A stretch of 64,000 nucleotides of DNA from a virus (IMGVR_UViG_3300049049_000146:291216-355215), one strand, 5' to 3'. Counted from the first letter of the stretch, positions 48,295-58,561 are shown. Program-made: numbers and translations. Notes: generated by a model not told the origin, from the sequence alone.

Positions 48295-49266
48295 ATGAAG
48301 CGCCCTGCAAACAGACTCGCCAAGTTTGAGCAGAACCTGCAGCGTCTTGCTGTGTGGGGCGTGGATGATTCCGCGGAGACGGCCAAGTATAAGGCATGGC
48401 GTGATGTTCGCGCTATGCTGAATCGTATTCTTCTGCGCCTGAATGCGATTGAGAGCCCAATCAATGCGGCGATCAATATCCCTCGTCAGAAGGCGAAGGA
48501 ATTGAACAATCCGCAGCTTGCGGCCAAGGCGCAGGAGAAGTTCAATCGTATTTTCGGAGACATCCTATCCCCGCTTGAAATGCTCCGCTCAAACATTGCT
48601 CCCATCGAAAATGCGATGGAGCAAGTTGAGGTTCGGATGGCAAAGGGGTCGGAGCCGATCACACGCAAGATTCAGGAGATTGAGGCCGAAGGCAGCCTCA
48701 GTCAGATGCGCGCGCAGAAGCTCCAGCAACTCAAGCAGGAGCTTGCAAAGCTTTATCCCGATATTGCTGAAGTGAAGCAGGTAGTGGAGGCGATCAAGCA
48801 GTCTCTACCGATGATTCAGACTGGCCTGAACGCCGTCAAGCCTGGAAATATTCTCGCGCCTATCCGGACCGAGATTGCTAAGCAAAAGCAGGCACTTGTA
48901 CAGCTTGAAGAGTTCAAGAGCACTGAAGGTTTCAAGTCGAATCCTGAACTTCAGCGCAAGTACCAAATTACACTTCAGGGCATTCAGCAGTATCTAAGCG
49001 TGCTGGAACAGATCGGCGCGACCGCGCAGGATGCTGACGGCAACGAGGTCTCTGATTTTATCGATCGCATTCAGACGAATGTGGATCGTGCCTTGAAAGA
49101 AGACGTACCGAAGCTTATCGAAGCAACGAAAGCTCTCGGAATGGCCTACGGCGCAAAGCCCAGAGAAAAAGCAGCCTCTGTGTCCAAGCGCCGACAGCTT
49201 CAGAACAGACTTAGAACAGCGGCTAAAAGAGTATTCTGGCTACACTATCTAAGTAGCAGGTTGTGA
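48295..49266 (+). CDS. Coiled-coil putative internal head protein
   Basis: ATG 48295; Gln/Lys-rich helical sequence. Confidence 0.6.
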   Translation: MKRPANRLAKFEQNLQRLAVWGVDDSAETAKYKAWRDVRAMLNRILLRLNAIESPINAAINIPRQKAKELNNPQLAAKAQEKFNRIFGDILSPLEMLRSNIAPIENAMEQVEVRMAKGSEPITRKIQEIEAEGSLSQMRAQKLQQLKQELAKLYPDIAEVKQVVEAIKQSLPMIQTGLNAVKPGNILAPIRTEIAKQKQALVQLEEFKSTEGFKSNPELQRKYQITLQGIQQYLSVLEQIGATAQDADGNEVSDFIDRIQTNVDRALKEDVPKLIEATKALGMAYGAKPREKAASVSKRRQLQNRLRTAAKRVFWLHYLSSRL

Positions 49267-49366
49267 GGAGTTCCTCCGTGACTCGGAAGCAGGCAATGGT
49301 GCTTGATTCCATCAACCGCTCGGAGGCCCATTTTACTGGTTTCACCGGTAAACAAGGCTAGACACA

Positions 49367-50368
49367 ATGGCAAAGCAGGACGCAGCAGCCTTACGAGCAG
49401 CCCGTGAAGCGCGCATTGCAGCGCGTGGTAACTCTGCAACGGGCGATCAGTCTAATTCGAAGAACGTTAAGAGTGACGAGCAGACCAAGAGCGCTGCCCC
49501 CGTCGAGACCCCGAAGGCCGCTCCTGCGAGCGAGCTTCCGGCTGTCCTTACGGCGGCTGTTCTTGATCCTTCCGCAGTGCAGAAGACGGCCGAGGTCGAC
49601 ATGCTTCTGTACGGCGCGGAGAGCGAAGACCCCCACTGGGTGGTCGTTGCTAGCGGCAAGCCTGTGGCGGAAATTCGCCTGAGCGATCAGGAAGAGCCCC
49701 ACAAGATCGCCAAGATGTTCGTGACTCAGCAGTATGCAGAGGGCGTTCGTGAGGCGGCGAAGCAGTTCGATTTCGCTGAGATCCTTACGAGCATTCACGC
49801 ACGTCCGTACGTGGCTTCGGTTTCGACGGCTGACGCAGTGAAGACCATCACTGCCCAGGCGCAGGAAGCGGCTGCCAAGGACCTTCGCAAGGCGAAGGCG
49901 GACCTTCGTGACAACACGCTCAATATGCTCAACCTCGTGGTCCTCGCTCAGACGAAGAACTTCCTCCAGGAGAACCCCCTGAAGGATGAGCTTTACCGTC
50001 GCATGACGGAGTCGGGCGTGGGCGAGCGTCAGGCTGTCGCAATCATTGAAGCTGCATACCAGGCGCGCGCGGCGGATCACTTTGAGGCTTGCTTCAAGCA
50101 GGCGTCGAAGTGGATGGACCTGCAGCCGGCTGCGCTCGCTGAGCTTGAGGAGCAGATCAAGGGCCTCGCGTACCGTCAGCCCGTCGTGGCTGAGTCGGAC
50201 GAGATCCGCTCTGCGTCTCATTCGCCAAGCCGAATCCACAACGTTCCTCTTGAGACCCGTACCGCCTCCGGCACCGCTCACGCGGGCGAAGAGGACGAGA
50301 AGGAGAACCTCAAGGTGGCGTTCGGATTCCGAAGCAGGTCTCTTAATCGCTCGATGCCACAGCGCTGA
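49367..50368 (+). CDS. Putative capsid scaffolding protein
   Basis: Ala-rich helical protein between protease and decoration gene, with strong codon bias. Confidence 0.6.
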   Translation: MAKQDAAALRAAREARIAARGNSATGDQSNSKNVKSDEQTKSAAPVETPKAAPASELPAVLTAAVLDPSAVQKTAEVDMLLYGAESEDPHWVVVASGKPVAEIRLSDQEEPHKIAKMFVTQQYAEGVREAAKQFDFAEILTSIHARPYVASVSTADAVKTITAQAQEAAAKDLRKAKADLRDNTLNMLNLVVLAQTKNFLQENPLKDELYRRMTESGVGERQAVAIIEAAYQARAADHFEACFKQASKWMDLQPAALAELEEQIKGLAYRQPVVAESDEIRSASHSPSRIHNVPLETRTASGTAHAGEEDEKENLKVAFGFRSRSLNRSMPQR

Positions 50369-50388
50369 GTCACAGGAGAAAATAGACC

Positions 50389-51096
50389 ATGTTCGATTTG
50401 ACCCGTTCCTACTTCAATGACATCCGCGAGCGCGCGGTTCACTCTGCGGCGACGATCGCCGAAGAGGGCACCGTCCTCGTATACGTGAATGCCGGCGACG
50501 GCACCCTCGCTGTCCAGCCTTCGGCTGGTGCAGGCGCCGAGGTTGTCGCGGGCTTCGCCATCACCGACGCGCTCAAGTACGCCACGAACGTGGTGGTTGA
50601 GTCGGTCGTTGTCCCTGCGGGCGGCGGCGCGGTGAACCTTCGTCACGCTGGTCTCGTTGCGAGCACCACTCGCGCGTACAACGTGACGGACGCGGCTGCC
50701 CTTACGGCAGTCGGTGGCGCTCCGGCAGCTGGTCAGTTCCTCATGAACACGACCAACGGCACGATCACCTTCAACGCTGCGGAAGCGGGCGACACCGTCA
50801 CGGTGACCTACCGCTACACTCCAACGCTTGAAGAGGCGCTTGCTACGCACCACGAGCGCAGCATCAACAACCGCGCGCAGGATTTCTTCCACAGCGTGTC
50901 GGTTGGCTGCCTTGAGGGCGAGATCTTCACCTCGATGTACGACACCACGCAGGCATACGCCGTTGGCGCCACTGTTTACAGCGGCGCGAACGGACGTGCG
51001 ACCAGCGCGGCTGGTGGTACCGCTCTTGGTGTGGTCTCTCAGACCCCGAGCGTGAACGACGGCCTTCTGGGCATCAAGTTCCACATCGGCGCCTGA
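50389..51096 (+). CDS. Capsid decoration/cement protein
   Basis: Ala/Thr/Gly-rich beta protein, 'TSMYDTTQAYAVGATVYSGANG...GVV.Q.PS....LG'; AGGAG RBS. Confidence 0.65.
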   Translation: MFDLTRSYFNDIRERAVHSAATIAEEGTVLVYVNAGDGTLAVQPSAGAGAEVVAGFAITDALKYATNVVVESVVVPAGGGAVNLRHAGLVASTTRAYNVTDAAALTAVGGAPAAGQFLMNTTNGTITFNAAEAGDTVTVTYRYTPTLEEALATHHERSINNRAQDFFHSVSVGCLEGEIFTSMYDTTQAYAVGATVYSGANGRATSAAGGTALGVVSQTPSVNDGLLGIKFHIGA

Positions 51097-51115
51097 TAGC
51101 AACTAGCTGAGATCT

Positions 51116-51158
51116 GAATGGGCCGGGAGGATAAATGCCCTCCCGGCTCGTTCTATTT
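51116..51158 (+). terminator. Hairpin/terminator after the decoration gene
   Basis: GCCGGGAGG/CCTCCCGGC stem followed by GTTCTATTT. Confidence 0.65.
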
Positions 51159-51190
51159 AAGCTTGACGCTACCCTTAGCGGAGGAATTCC

Positions 51191-51598
51191 ATGGCTAACG
51201 CGCTCTACGATACAGGTCGTGCTGCATTCTTGAACGGCGACATCGACTGGACGAACGACGACATCAAGTGTGTGCTTGTCGACACTGGCGCATACACGCC
51301 AAACATGGCCACTGACGATTTCCTTGCGGACATTGCATCGGGCGCACGCATCGCGACCTCGGCAAACCTATCAGGAAAAACGTCAACAGCAGGCGTAGCT
51401 GACGCGAACGACGTGACGTTCACCGCCGTGTCAGGCGTCAGCGTCGAAGCGCTCGTGATCTATAAGGACACAGGAAGCGCAGCAACGTCCCAGCTAATCG
51501 CATACATCGATACAGCGACGGGTCTGCCTGTTACACCGAACGGCGGCGATATCACAGTCGTTTGGGACAACGGAGCGAACAGAATCTTCAGGCTGTGA
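51191..51598 (+). CDS. Conserved small virion protein (fibre-associated)
   Basis: MANALYD.GR.AFL.GDIDW..D.IK...GVADANDVTF...LIAYID...GLPVTPNGGDI.V.WDNGAN.IF.L, which I recognise from phage minor tail/fibre modules. Confidence 0.75.
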   Translation: MANALYDTGRAAFLNGDIDWTNDDIKCVLVDTGAYTPNMATDDFLADIASGARIATSANLSGKTSTAGVADANDVTFTAVSGVSVEALVIYKDTGSAATSQLIAYIDTATGLPVTPNGGDITVVWDNGANRIFRL

Positions 51599-51601
51599 TC
51601 T

Positions 51602-52630
51602 ATGGAGAAGTGGACAAATAATGCAACGTCCACACTAGCCTCAGGCATTTTGTCTGGGGCTACGTCTCTTGACGTCCAAGCGGGACATGGATCTCGGTTC
51701 CCTACGCTTACTGCTGGTGATTATTTCTGGGCGACGTTGACCGAAGGCTCAACGATGGAAGTCGTACTCGTTACGGCTAGGTCGACGGATACCTTCACCA
51801 TCGAGCGAGCCCAGCAGGGTACGTCAGCTGCGGCATTTAGTGCTGGCGCTACGGTCGAGCTTCGGGTAACTGCAGACACCCTGCTACGTCTTCAGCGGGG
51901 TCCTGAGCTTGTGCTGGCGACTGGCTGGAGCGGTAGCAATTTCCTTCAGAGTGCCTCCGGCAACATGAACGGAAATGCCACAATGACTGTTGGTACCCTC
52001 GTTCGTCTGCCCCGTGTGCAAGATGAAGATGGTGTTACAAAGGTCATCATCTCGAATGGGACCTTGTTCACGCAGGGTTATGGCATTCAGTTCGATGCAT
52101 TGCGTCCGGCTGTTCAGGCTGCATTCGATTTCTCCAAGTTCACGACTGGATCTTTCAGCCCCGACTGGTCTCCAGGTCCTGTTACATCGCCGGGTACATT
52201 CGGGTTCATCGACTGGAAGACGTGCCTCCTTGTCGAGCGCGTAGATGGCAATAACGTCTCGATTTTCCTTCAGATGATTGAATTCCGTACGATTACACCT
52301 GCTGGCGTGTTCACTCCGGGCGCTACCGGAATGATCGTGGGACAGGCAGTCGACGGAACTCTCCCGTTCACTGATGGTGGCCTGGCCGGAATCGCGTACG
52401 CAGACGTCGCATTCACTAATGCACAAATCCGTGAGTGGATGCTTGCGTGCATCGAAGCGAACGACGTTGTGACGAACAGCCTTGCGTGGGATAATCTGTT
52501 CTCATTCAAGCAGATGGGCCTGCGGCACGGTGATTCAGTACCGAGCACTGTTGATGATATGATCGGTTCTGCCGATTTGACGCTTACAGGCTCCCTCAGT
52601 ATCGTAGAAGAACGACCAAGGTGGCTTTGA
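51602..52630 (+). CDS. Virion protein with C-terminal LamG/concanavalin-like domain
   Basis: N-terminal 'NNA.STLASGI...E.V.VTARS.DT.TI.RAQ.GT.A.AF' module; beta-rich C-terminus. Confidence 0.6.
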   Translation: MEKWTNNATSTLASGILSGATSLDVQAGHGSRFPTLTAGDYFWATLTEGSTMEVVLVTARSTDTFTIERAQQGTSAAAFSAGATVELRVTADTLLRLQRGPELVLATGWSGSNFLQSASGNMNGNATMTVGTLVRLPRVQDEDGVTKVIISNGTLFTQGYGIQFDALRPAVQAAFDFSKFTTGSFSPDWSPGPVTSPGTFGFIDWKTCLLVERVDGNNVSIFLQMIEFRTITPAGVFTPGATGMIVGQAVDGTLPFTDGGLAGIAYADVAFTNAQIREWMLACIEANDVVTNSLAWDNLFSFKQMGLRHGDSVPSTVDDMIGSADLTLTGSLSIVEERPRWL

Positions 52631-52631
52631 T

Positions 52632-52919
52632 ATGAGTCTTATGATTCCGCCGAAGAACATTCGTCTTCACTGGGACGCAGAAAAGGGATGGCTCTTGGAT
52701 GTTCCGTGGGGTGTTTCGGAGTCGATGCTTCGAAGGGTTGCAGAGTATGCAGTGCCTCGGCAGATCGACAGATGGAAATCCCTGCCACCAGGCGATAAGA
52801 AAGAAGACCTGAAGCTCGCAATCCAAAAGCTTCAGCGGTTTGAGATCAAGCAGAACATCGTAGGCCCTCGTGGTGACGGCCTAGGGGACCTCGTACTCTT
52901 CTCAGGCTCTAAGGAGTAG
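52632..52919 (+). CDS. Hypothetical protein
   Basis: 95-aa ORF in the operon. Confidence 0.55.
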   Translation: MSLMIPPKNIRLHWDAEKGWLLDVPWGVSESMLRRVAEYAVPRQIDRWKSLPPGDKKEDLKLAIQKLQRFEIKQNIVGPRGDGLGDLVLFSGSKE

Positions 52920-52922
52920 AAC

Positions 52923-53444
52923 ATGGCAGCCACTTGGCGCGCAACTTCACAGGCAGTCGCTTTCGCAAGCGGAAAGTCGATGCTCGACGTGTTCAACGGT
53001 GCGGGGTCTACCCGTGTTGTTCGCGTGTACCGCATCTATCAATTCAACAACGGTGTGACTGCTGTTACCGGCGTGCTCACAGCAATGCGTATCAACCGCC
53101 TGACTGCGGCTTCGGCGGGCACGACGGTTACGCCTGTTGCTCACGATACGGCTAGCTCCGCTTTGAACGCAAATACTACGGCGGGAACAGGCCGAACGGT
53201 TACACGTACGTCGGTCTTCCGTCAGTTCTTGTGGTCGAACGACGAGCCCGCCGTCTCCGGCGCAACGATGGACGAGTGGGAACTTCTTGTTCCGTTTGCG
53301 GAGGTCTGGAACGCTGGATATGGTGACACCAACATCGAGCCGCTCGTGTGTCGCGCAGGCTTTGGTGTCGAAATTCAGCAGTCAGGTACTTCTGCCGTGG
53401 GATCAAACGACTTCGAAATTGAATTCACCGACTCTGCGACCTGA
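52923..53444 (+). CDS. Beta-sandwich virion protein
   Basis: 173 aa, AAGGAG RBS; 'FNG.GS..V..V.R' and 'EPLV.R.G.GV' shared with the next gene. Confidence 0.6.
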   Translation: MAATWRATSQAVAFASGKSMLDVFNGAGSTRVVRVYRIYQFNNGVTAVTGVLTAMRINRLTAASAGTTVTPVAHDTASSALNANTTAGTGRTVTRTSVFRQFLWSNDEPAVSGATMDEWELLVPFAEVWNAGYGDTNIEPLVCRAGFGVEIQQSGTSAVGSNDFEIEFTDSAT

Positions 53445-53447
53445 TAC

Positions 53448-54692
53448 GTGACTGCAACGTACACATGGCGTGTTCCTCGCGTTGACTCAGGCATTCAGCT
53501 TGACGGTCTCGCCATGCTTTTAAATCAAAGCGAGGGGGAAATCGAGATTGTTGAGATCAGCATCCTTGAGCCATCTCCCGCGTCCGGAAATCCGGCAACT
53601 AAGACAGCCGGAACGTGGCATCTAGAGAAGATCACAGCACTGGACACGTCGTCCGGACAGGCGATGAATGTCGAGAAATTCGACACTGATGCAGCTGACC
53701 TACCATCGCAAGTAATAGCCTGGGCCGAGCCTGCAAGCGTTACTCTCCCAGGCCAAATCATCAGGCAAATTGCAGATGCTCCGGGACTCACACCAACGGT
53801 TAGCGGTGGGATGCTGGCATCCATGTTACCGCTTCAGGTAACAAACAACGCCAATTCTGCAACGATTTTTCGTTCTGGATGGGCCACTGAGGTAGAGCCG
53901 CTCGTCCTTCGTGAAGGTGAAGGTGTTGCTTGCGTACAGGATTTGTACGGATCGCCGCACGCAGCAACAGTGTCGATGATGGTTCGTGTTGCTGGCACAG
54001 GTGCGACTTACGTCATCCGTTCTCGTGACTTCGGAACTCGAAGAGCAGGGAACGCGCTTTATGCCGTTTTCAACGGCGTGGGGTCTGGTGTTGTTCTCGA
54101 AGTGTTCCGGTGGATGATGATGGAGGACGGGGACACCGTCATTCCTGGAATTCGCCTGACTCGCTGTGACGGCTACATCGATGTAGCTGGTTCAGTAGAA
54201 CTGAATACGGCAATTCCAAACGACCCAGCCAGTCCTAGTCTACCATCAGACGTAAAGCTGGTCCGTGGAGCCGCACTCGTTAAGCTTCTTGGCTGGGATA
54301 TGGGTGTGCCTTATCGCTGGTTCGAGGGCTTTGTTGGTGCCGGGTTGACTACCACAAACGTCAATGGTTTCGTTCCTGCAACTAGCCCGAATGGAATGAG
54401 CACTGTTATCGAACAGTCGATTGGCACGTATAGGTCTGTGTCACGAGTCGCGCGTCCTAACGATATCGGCGTAACAGTAGGCACGCCTGACATTGGCAAC
54501 CTATTCTGGAAAGCGAAGAGCGGTTCGGGCATTCTGTTGCGAAAGAATCAGGGAGTTGCAATTGCAGCCGGTCGCGGCGGTTACGTCGACTCAAGTCAGC
54601 TGAATTTCTACGACATCAGAGTTACTTTCACGTATCGTCCGAAGATCGGTGCGTCATCTTCGCTAGCTAACCCGATTGTGAGGGGAGCATGA
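53448..54692 (+). CDS. Beta-sandwich virion protein (tandem paralogous domains)
   Basis: 414 aa; contains EPLVLREGEGV, FNGVGSGVVLEVFR, ILLRKNQGV. Confidence 0.6.
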   Translation: MTATYTWRVPRVDSGIQLDGLAMLLNQSEGEIEIVEISILEPSPASGNPATKTAGTWHLEKITALDTSSGQAMNVEKFDTDAADLPSQVIAWAEPASVTLPGQIIRQIADAPGLTPTVSGGMLASMLPLQVTNNANSATIFRSGWATEVEPLVLREGEGVACVQDLYGSPHAATVSMMVRVAGTGATYVIRSRDFGTRRAGNALYAVFNGVGSGVVLEVFRWMMMEDGDTVIPGIRLTRCDGYIDVAGSVELNTAIPNDPASPSLPSDVKLVRGAALVKLLGWDMGVPYRWFEGFVGAGLTTTNVNGFVPATSPNGMSTVIEQSIGTYRSVSRVARPNDIGVTVGTPDIGNLFWKAKSGSGILLRKNQGVAIAAGRGGYVDSSQLNFYDIRVTFTYRPKIGASSSLANPIVRGA

Positions 54693-55237
54693 AAATCTCT
54701 GGTATCCCTCTCGGGCAAACAATCACGCTAGATTTCATTACTTCCGACCCTGCGTACGGCACCCCTACCAGTGCGTCAGCCACAACTATTCGTGTCTTCG
54801 AGGATGCGAACGATACTGAGATTCTAACACCAACAGCCACTGAGCGTTCGGGCAACACAGGTAATTACCGTGTACAGATCGCGTGTACTACAGCGAACGG
54901 TTTCGAGGTAGGCAAGTCCTACAACGTCGTCGCTGATGTGACAGTGTCCGGGGCCAACGCCAAGGCGGTCATTGGATCTTTTCTTGTCGTAGTGCCGCTG
55001 TTTCAGGCCAACGTAGTAGCTGATGGTTCCAACACAGCTACTACGTTTGAAACTGACCTGACTGAGGCCACGAACGACCACTGGAAGGATGCGCTGCTTG
55101 TGTTTGTCACAGGCTCGCTCGCCGGGCAGGTCAAGAAAATCACAGCATACAACGGTACGACGAAGTTCGTAACCTTTACCAGTGGCTTTACGGCAGCGCC
55201 TAGCGGCGGGGACAAGTTCATCTTAGTGAACGCATAA
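54689..55237 (+). CDS. Ig-like virion protein
   Basis: 'TGNYRVQIACTTANGFEVGKSYNVV', 'GSLAGQVKKITAYNGTTK...FT.AP..GD.F'. Confidence 0.6.
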   Translation: MKISGIPLGQTITLDFITSDPAYGTPTSASATTIRVFEDANDTEILTPTATERSGNTGNYRVQIACTTANGFEVGKSYNVVADVTVSGANAKAVIGSFLVVVPLFQANVVADGSNTATTFETDLTEATNDHWKDALLVFVTGSLAGQVKKITAYNGTTKFVTFTSGFTAAPSGGDKFILVNA

Positions 55238-55246
55238 GGGGGTCCT

Positions 55247-57202
55247 ATGAGTAGGATTCTCTTTGAGTTCTTCGATAGCGCGGGAGGGCCGACGCAGGTC
55301 ATTGACCTGAACGGCACGACTTCCAGCGGCGCGATCAACTCTGGCGCGATCAACACGTTCGCGATCAATGCCACACCCCCGTCTTCGACGAGCGGTGGCA
55401 TTGCGTCAGGCGAGGCGTTTGGCACGCCGACAGTAACGCAGGGTACTGCAGGGCAGTCGATCAATCTGTCGGGCGAAGGCATCGCGTCCGGCGAAGCCTT
55501 CGGTACCTCGCAGCTGAACCTTACACTGTACGCCACGAGCATTGCCTCTGGTGAAGCGTTCGGTACGTTGCAGGTAAATCGGAACCTGCAACTCACAGGA
55601 ATTGCCTCGGGCGAGGCATTTGGCACTCCGCAGCTAAATCTCGTTCTCACTGCTACGGGTATTGCTTCTGGTGAAGCATTTGGCACCCCGCAGTTGAATC
55701 TGCGTGTCTTTGCGACCGGAATCGCTTCAGGTGAGGCGTTCGGCACTCCACAGCTGAATGTCCAGGTTACTGCTACAGGGATTCCTACAGCTGAGGCGTT
55801 TGGTACGCCTCAGCTAAATCTCAGACTGACGGCGACTTCGATTGCCTCGGGCGAGGCGTTTGGTATTCCTGCTCTAATTCAACAGCAGTTTGTTTCGCCG
55901 TCGAGCATCGCCTCGGGCGAAGCTTTCGGTACTCCTCAACTCAATCTCCGCATTGACCTTGACGGAGACGGCATCGCCTCTGCTGAAGCATTTGGAACGC
56001 CGACTGTTCAGGCGGCCGGTAACAATCTCTATCCTACCGGAATTGCGAGTGCAGAGGCGTTCGGCACAGCACAGGTGAACCTCACTGTATACGCCGCAGG
56101 TATTTCAACTGCCGAGGCGTTCGGTACTCCGAGCGTAAATCGCGTTATCCAGGTCACGGGTATTTCGACTGGCGAGGCGTTTGGTACTCCTCGTATCGTC
56201 AACATCGTTCAGCCTAGCGGTATTGCTTCGGCTGAAGCGTTTGGAACTCCTCAGATCAACCGGACCATCGTTGTAACATCGATCGCGTCGGCTGAGGCGT
56301 TTGGTACGCCACGCTTCAGCCGCGGAGTGCACCCCACAAGTATTGCCTCCGCTGAGGCATTCGGTACTCCACTATTCCGGCTTTCGGTGCACCCAACCAG
56401 CATTGCTTCTGCTGAGGCGTTCGGCACTGCGCAGGTCAATCGCACTATCCAAATGACTGGAATTCCTACGGCTGAGGCGTTCGGCAGCCCCTCACTCTTC
56501 CAGTCAATCCAGATTCATCCTACCTCAATCGCTTCTGCAGAGGCATTCGGGGCACCTCAGCTGAACAGAACGGTGCCTGTCACAGGAATTCCTACAGGGG
56601 AAGCGTTCGGCACGGCGCAGGTCAACAGGAACATCCGCGTCAACGCGGGTATCCCGACCGCAGAGGCTTTCGGTACAGCCCGAGTAAATCGGAATATCTA
56701 CGCGAATGGAATCGCTTCGGCTGAAGCGTTTGGAACACCTCTCGCGCGTATCGAGACGCACCCAACAGGCATTCCGACAGGCGTTGCGTTCGGTACGGCC
56801 CGCGTCAACCGAAATATTCGCATGACCGGCATCGCGTCGGGTGAAGCTTTTGGTACGCCGATTTTCAGCGACGTAGCGATGGGTATTTACCCCACCGGTA
56901 TTCCTTCTGGTGAGGCGTTCGGCACGCCCTGGGTGTACGGTCTAATGATTCCACCGAGCTTTCCTCGCTACGGACGAATCAACCCAACACCTGGCGAATT
57001 TGTTCGAGGAACAGAGAAAATCGAGATCACGTCGTTGGCCATTCGCGCTGACGCGCTCTACTGGACCACGCAGAGAGATGTCCAAGCGAAGGTATCTCCT
57101 GCATTCAAAAACGGCAACGCTGCCGACTACGTAATCGGCGAAACAGCCGTCGAAAAGAACATGCTCATGCTCCGTCAGCGAATCGTCTTGCGCTTTTTCT
57201 GA
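55247..57202 (+). CDS. Repeat fibre protein
   Basis: 651 aa with 25 copies of (G/S)I(A/P/S)(S/T)(G/A)EAFG-type motifs. Confidence 0.75.
   Translation: MSRILFEFFDSAGGPTQVIDLNGTTSSGAINSGAINTFAINATPPSSTSGGIASGEAFGTPTVTQGTAGQSINLSGEGIASGEAFGTSQLNLTLYATSIASGEAFGTLQVNRNLQLTGIASGEAFGTPQLNLVLTATGIASGEAFGTPQLNLRVFATGIASGEAFGTPQLNVQVTATGIPTAEAFGTPQLNLRLTATSIASGEAFGIPALIQQQFVSPSSIASGEAFGTPQLNLRIDLDGDGIASAEAFGTPTVQAAGNNLYPTGIASAEAFGTAQVNLTVYAAGISTAEAFGTPSVNRVIQVTGISTGEAFGTPRIVNIVQPSGIASAEAFGTPQINRTIVVTSIASAEAFGTPRFSRGVHPTSIASAEAFGTPLFRLSVHPTSIASAEAFGTAQVNRTIQMTGIPTAEAFGSPSLFQSIQIHPTSIASAEAFGAPQLNRTVPVTGIPTGEAFGTAQVNRNIRVNAGIPTAEAFGTARVNRNIYANGIASAEAFGTPLARIETHPTGIPTGVAFGTARVNRNIRMTGIASGEAFGTPIFSDVAMGIYPTGIPSGEAFGTPWVYGLMIPPSFPRYGRINPTPGEFVRGTEKIEITSLAIRADALYWTTQRDVQAKVSPAFKNGNAADYVIGETAVEKNMLMLRQRIVLRFF
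55395..56930 (+). repeat. 25 tandem ~20-aa coding repeats (IASGEAFGTP core)
   Basis: Counted in the translation; period about 60 nt with synonymous divergence. Confidence 0.9.
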
Positions 57203-57414
57203 TACTTGCAGCGTTAGACTCTTTCGAAGGCCCCTCTATTTTTCAGATGTAGTCTTACTGACTCCTGCCGGGGTCGAACAGAAGCAAGTTTTACGCGGAC
57301 TTCAGGAGCGCGATACTCCTCCCAAAAACATCGGGTCAGTCTAATAGGTGCAACAAGTCGAATTGTTCTCCATCGATCCACTAGATCGAACCTAAAAAGA
57401 GAAAGACAACTACA

Positions 57415-58539
57415 ATGGCAAGTCCGTACGCTTCTGGTCCCGGCATCAAGGTCATGCGCGATGCTCCGGACGTGCCTGCGACCTCGCAGGACGGTATTCG
57501 TGGTGGTGTTCGTGTTGCTGGCTCGTCCCGCGTTTCCAGCGGCCCAGCCTTCGGCGCGAACGGTGAGTTGAACGCATCCTCGAAGCGCGAGCTTATGCAG
57601 GTCGTTGGTCACGTTCTCGCGTCAGCGCGTGAGAGCGTAACGACGCACCGCGCGAGCGCAGAGAACGCGGAGATGCGCATTGCGCACCTTCGTGAGGCTT
57701 ACGCCGACAAGTCTGGAACCAAGTTCCAGGTTCTCGGTGAGGTCATCTCGGAGGAGATCTGGGAGACGCTCGGTCGCGAAGGCTTCAGCCGTCGCCTCAT
57801 GTCGGTTATGCCCCTCGCGAAGGGTCAGACCGGCCGCGTGAAGGTTCGTCGCAAGGACGTCGTTGCCTACCAGGTGACGACCGATGTGAAGATCCAGGAG
57901 CAGCGCATCCGTCAGACCTACGTGTACCCGCCTGAGTTCTACCTCGGCGCGTACATCCTCATCGAGGACAAGGAGATCGAGCAGGCGTCCACGGATCTTC
58001 TCGACGAGAAGTTCCAGGATGGTCTTGAGGCAATTCTTCGCCGCGAGGACCAGATCACCCGTTCGCTCCTGAACACCGCGTCGACCGTGTTCAACGACCT
58101 CGTGCTCTTCACGACCTTCAACCCAAGCGTTCTCACGACGCTTCGTACGCAGGTTAACCGTTGGGGTACGCCTGCTGCGACGATGCTCATCGCCTTCGAC
58201 ATTTGGGATGACATCATCGCCGACGCTGACTTCGTTCAGTGGTGGGACCAGGTCCACAAGCACGAGCTTATTCTTGAGGGTCGCCTCGGCTCGATGCTCG
58301 GCATGGAGATCATCACGGACGGCTACCGTTACCCAACCCTCCAGGTTCTTCAGCCTGGTGAGGTTTACGTGACGGCGTCGCCTGTGACCCTCGGAACGAT
58401 CACGCAGCGCAAGGAGCTTGATAGCCGCGCGATCGACACCTACAACCAGGGCCGCCCGGCTCGCGGTTGGTTCATGGAGCAGATCCAGGGTATGGTTGTG
58501 GTCAACGCTCGCGCGTGCGACCGCGGCGTCCGCGTCTGA
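57415..58539 (+). CDS. Major capsid protein (HK97 fold)
   Basis: 374 aa, strongest codon bias, 'REGFSRRL...L..GQ', 'PPEFY', 'EDQ', 'G.LGS.LG..I.TD', 'PGEVYV...P..LG', 'GWF..Q..GM.V.N'; followed by a strong terminator. Confidence 0.82.
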   Translation: MASPYASGPGIKVMRDAPDVPATSQDGIRGGVRVAGSSRVSSGPAFGANGELNASSKRELMQVVGHVLASARESVTTHRASAENAEMRIAHLREAYADKSGTKFQVLGEVISEEIWETLGREGFSRRLMSVMPLAKGQTGRVKVRRKDVVAYQVTTDVKIQEQRIRQTYVYPPEFYLGAYILIEDKEIEQASTDLLDEKFQDGLEAILRREDQITRSLLNTASTVFNDLVLFTTFNPSVLTTLRTQVNRWGTPAATMLIAFDIWDDIIADADFVQWWDQVHKHELILEGRLGSMLGMEIITDGYRYPTLQVLQPGEVYVTASPVTLGTITQRKELDSRAIDTYNQGRPARGWFMEQIQGMVVVNARACDRGVRV

Positions 58540-58561
58540 TCAACTCCTAGGTGAGTGGACT

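Noticed and set aside
55395-56930. Regular ~60-nt periodic repeats resembling a CRISPR array
   Set aside because: The repeats vary at synonymous positions and stay in one open frame, so they are protein repeats; no cas operon is present.
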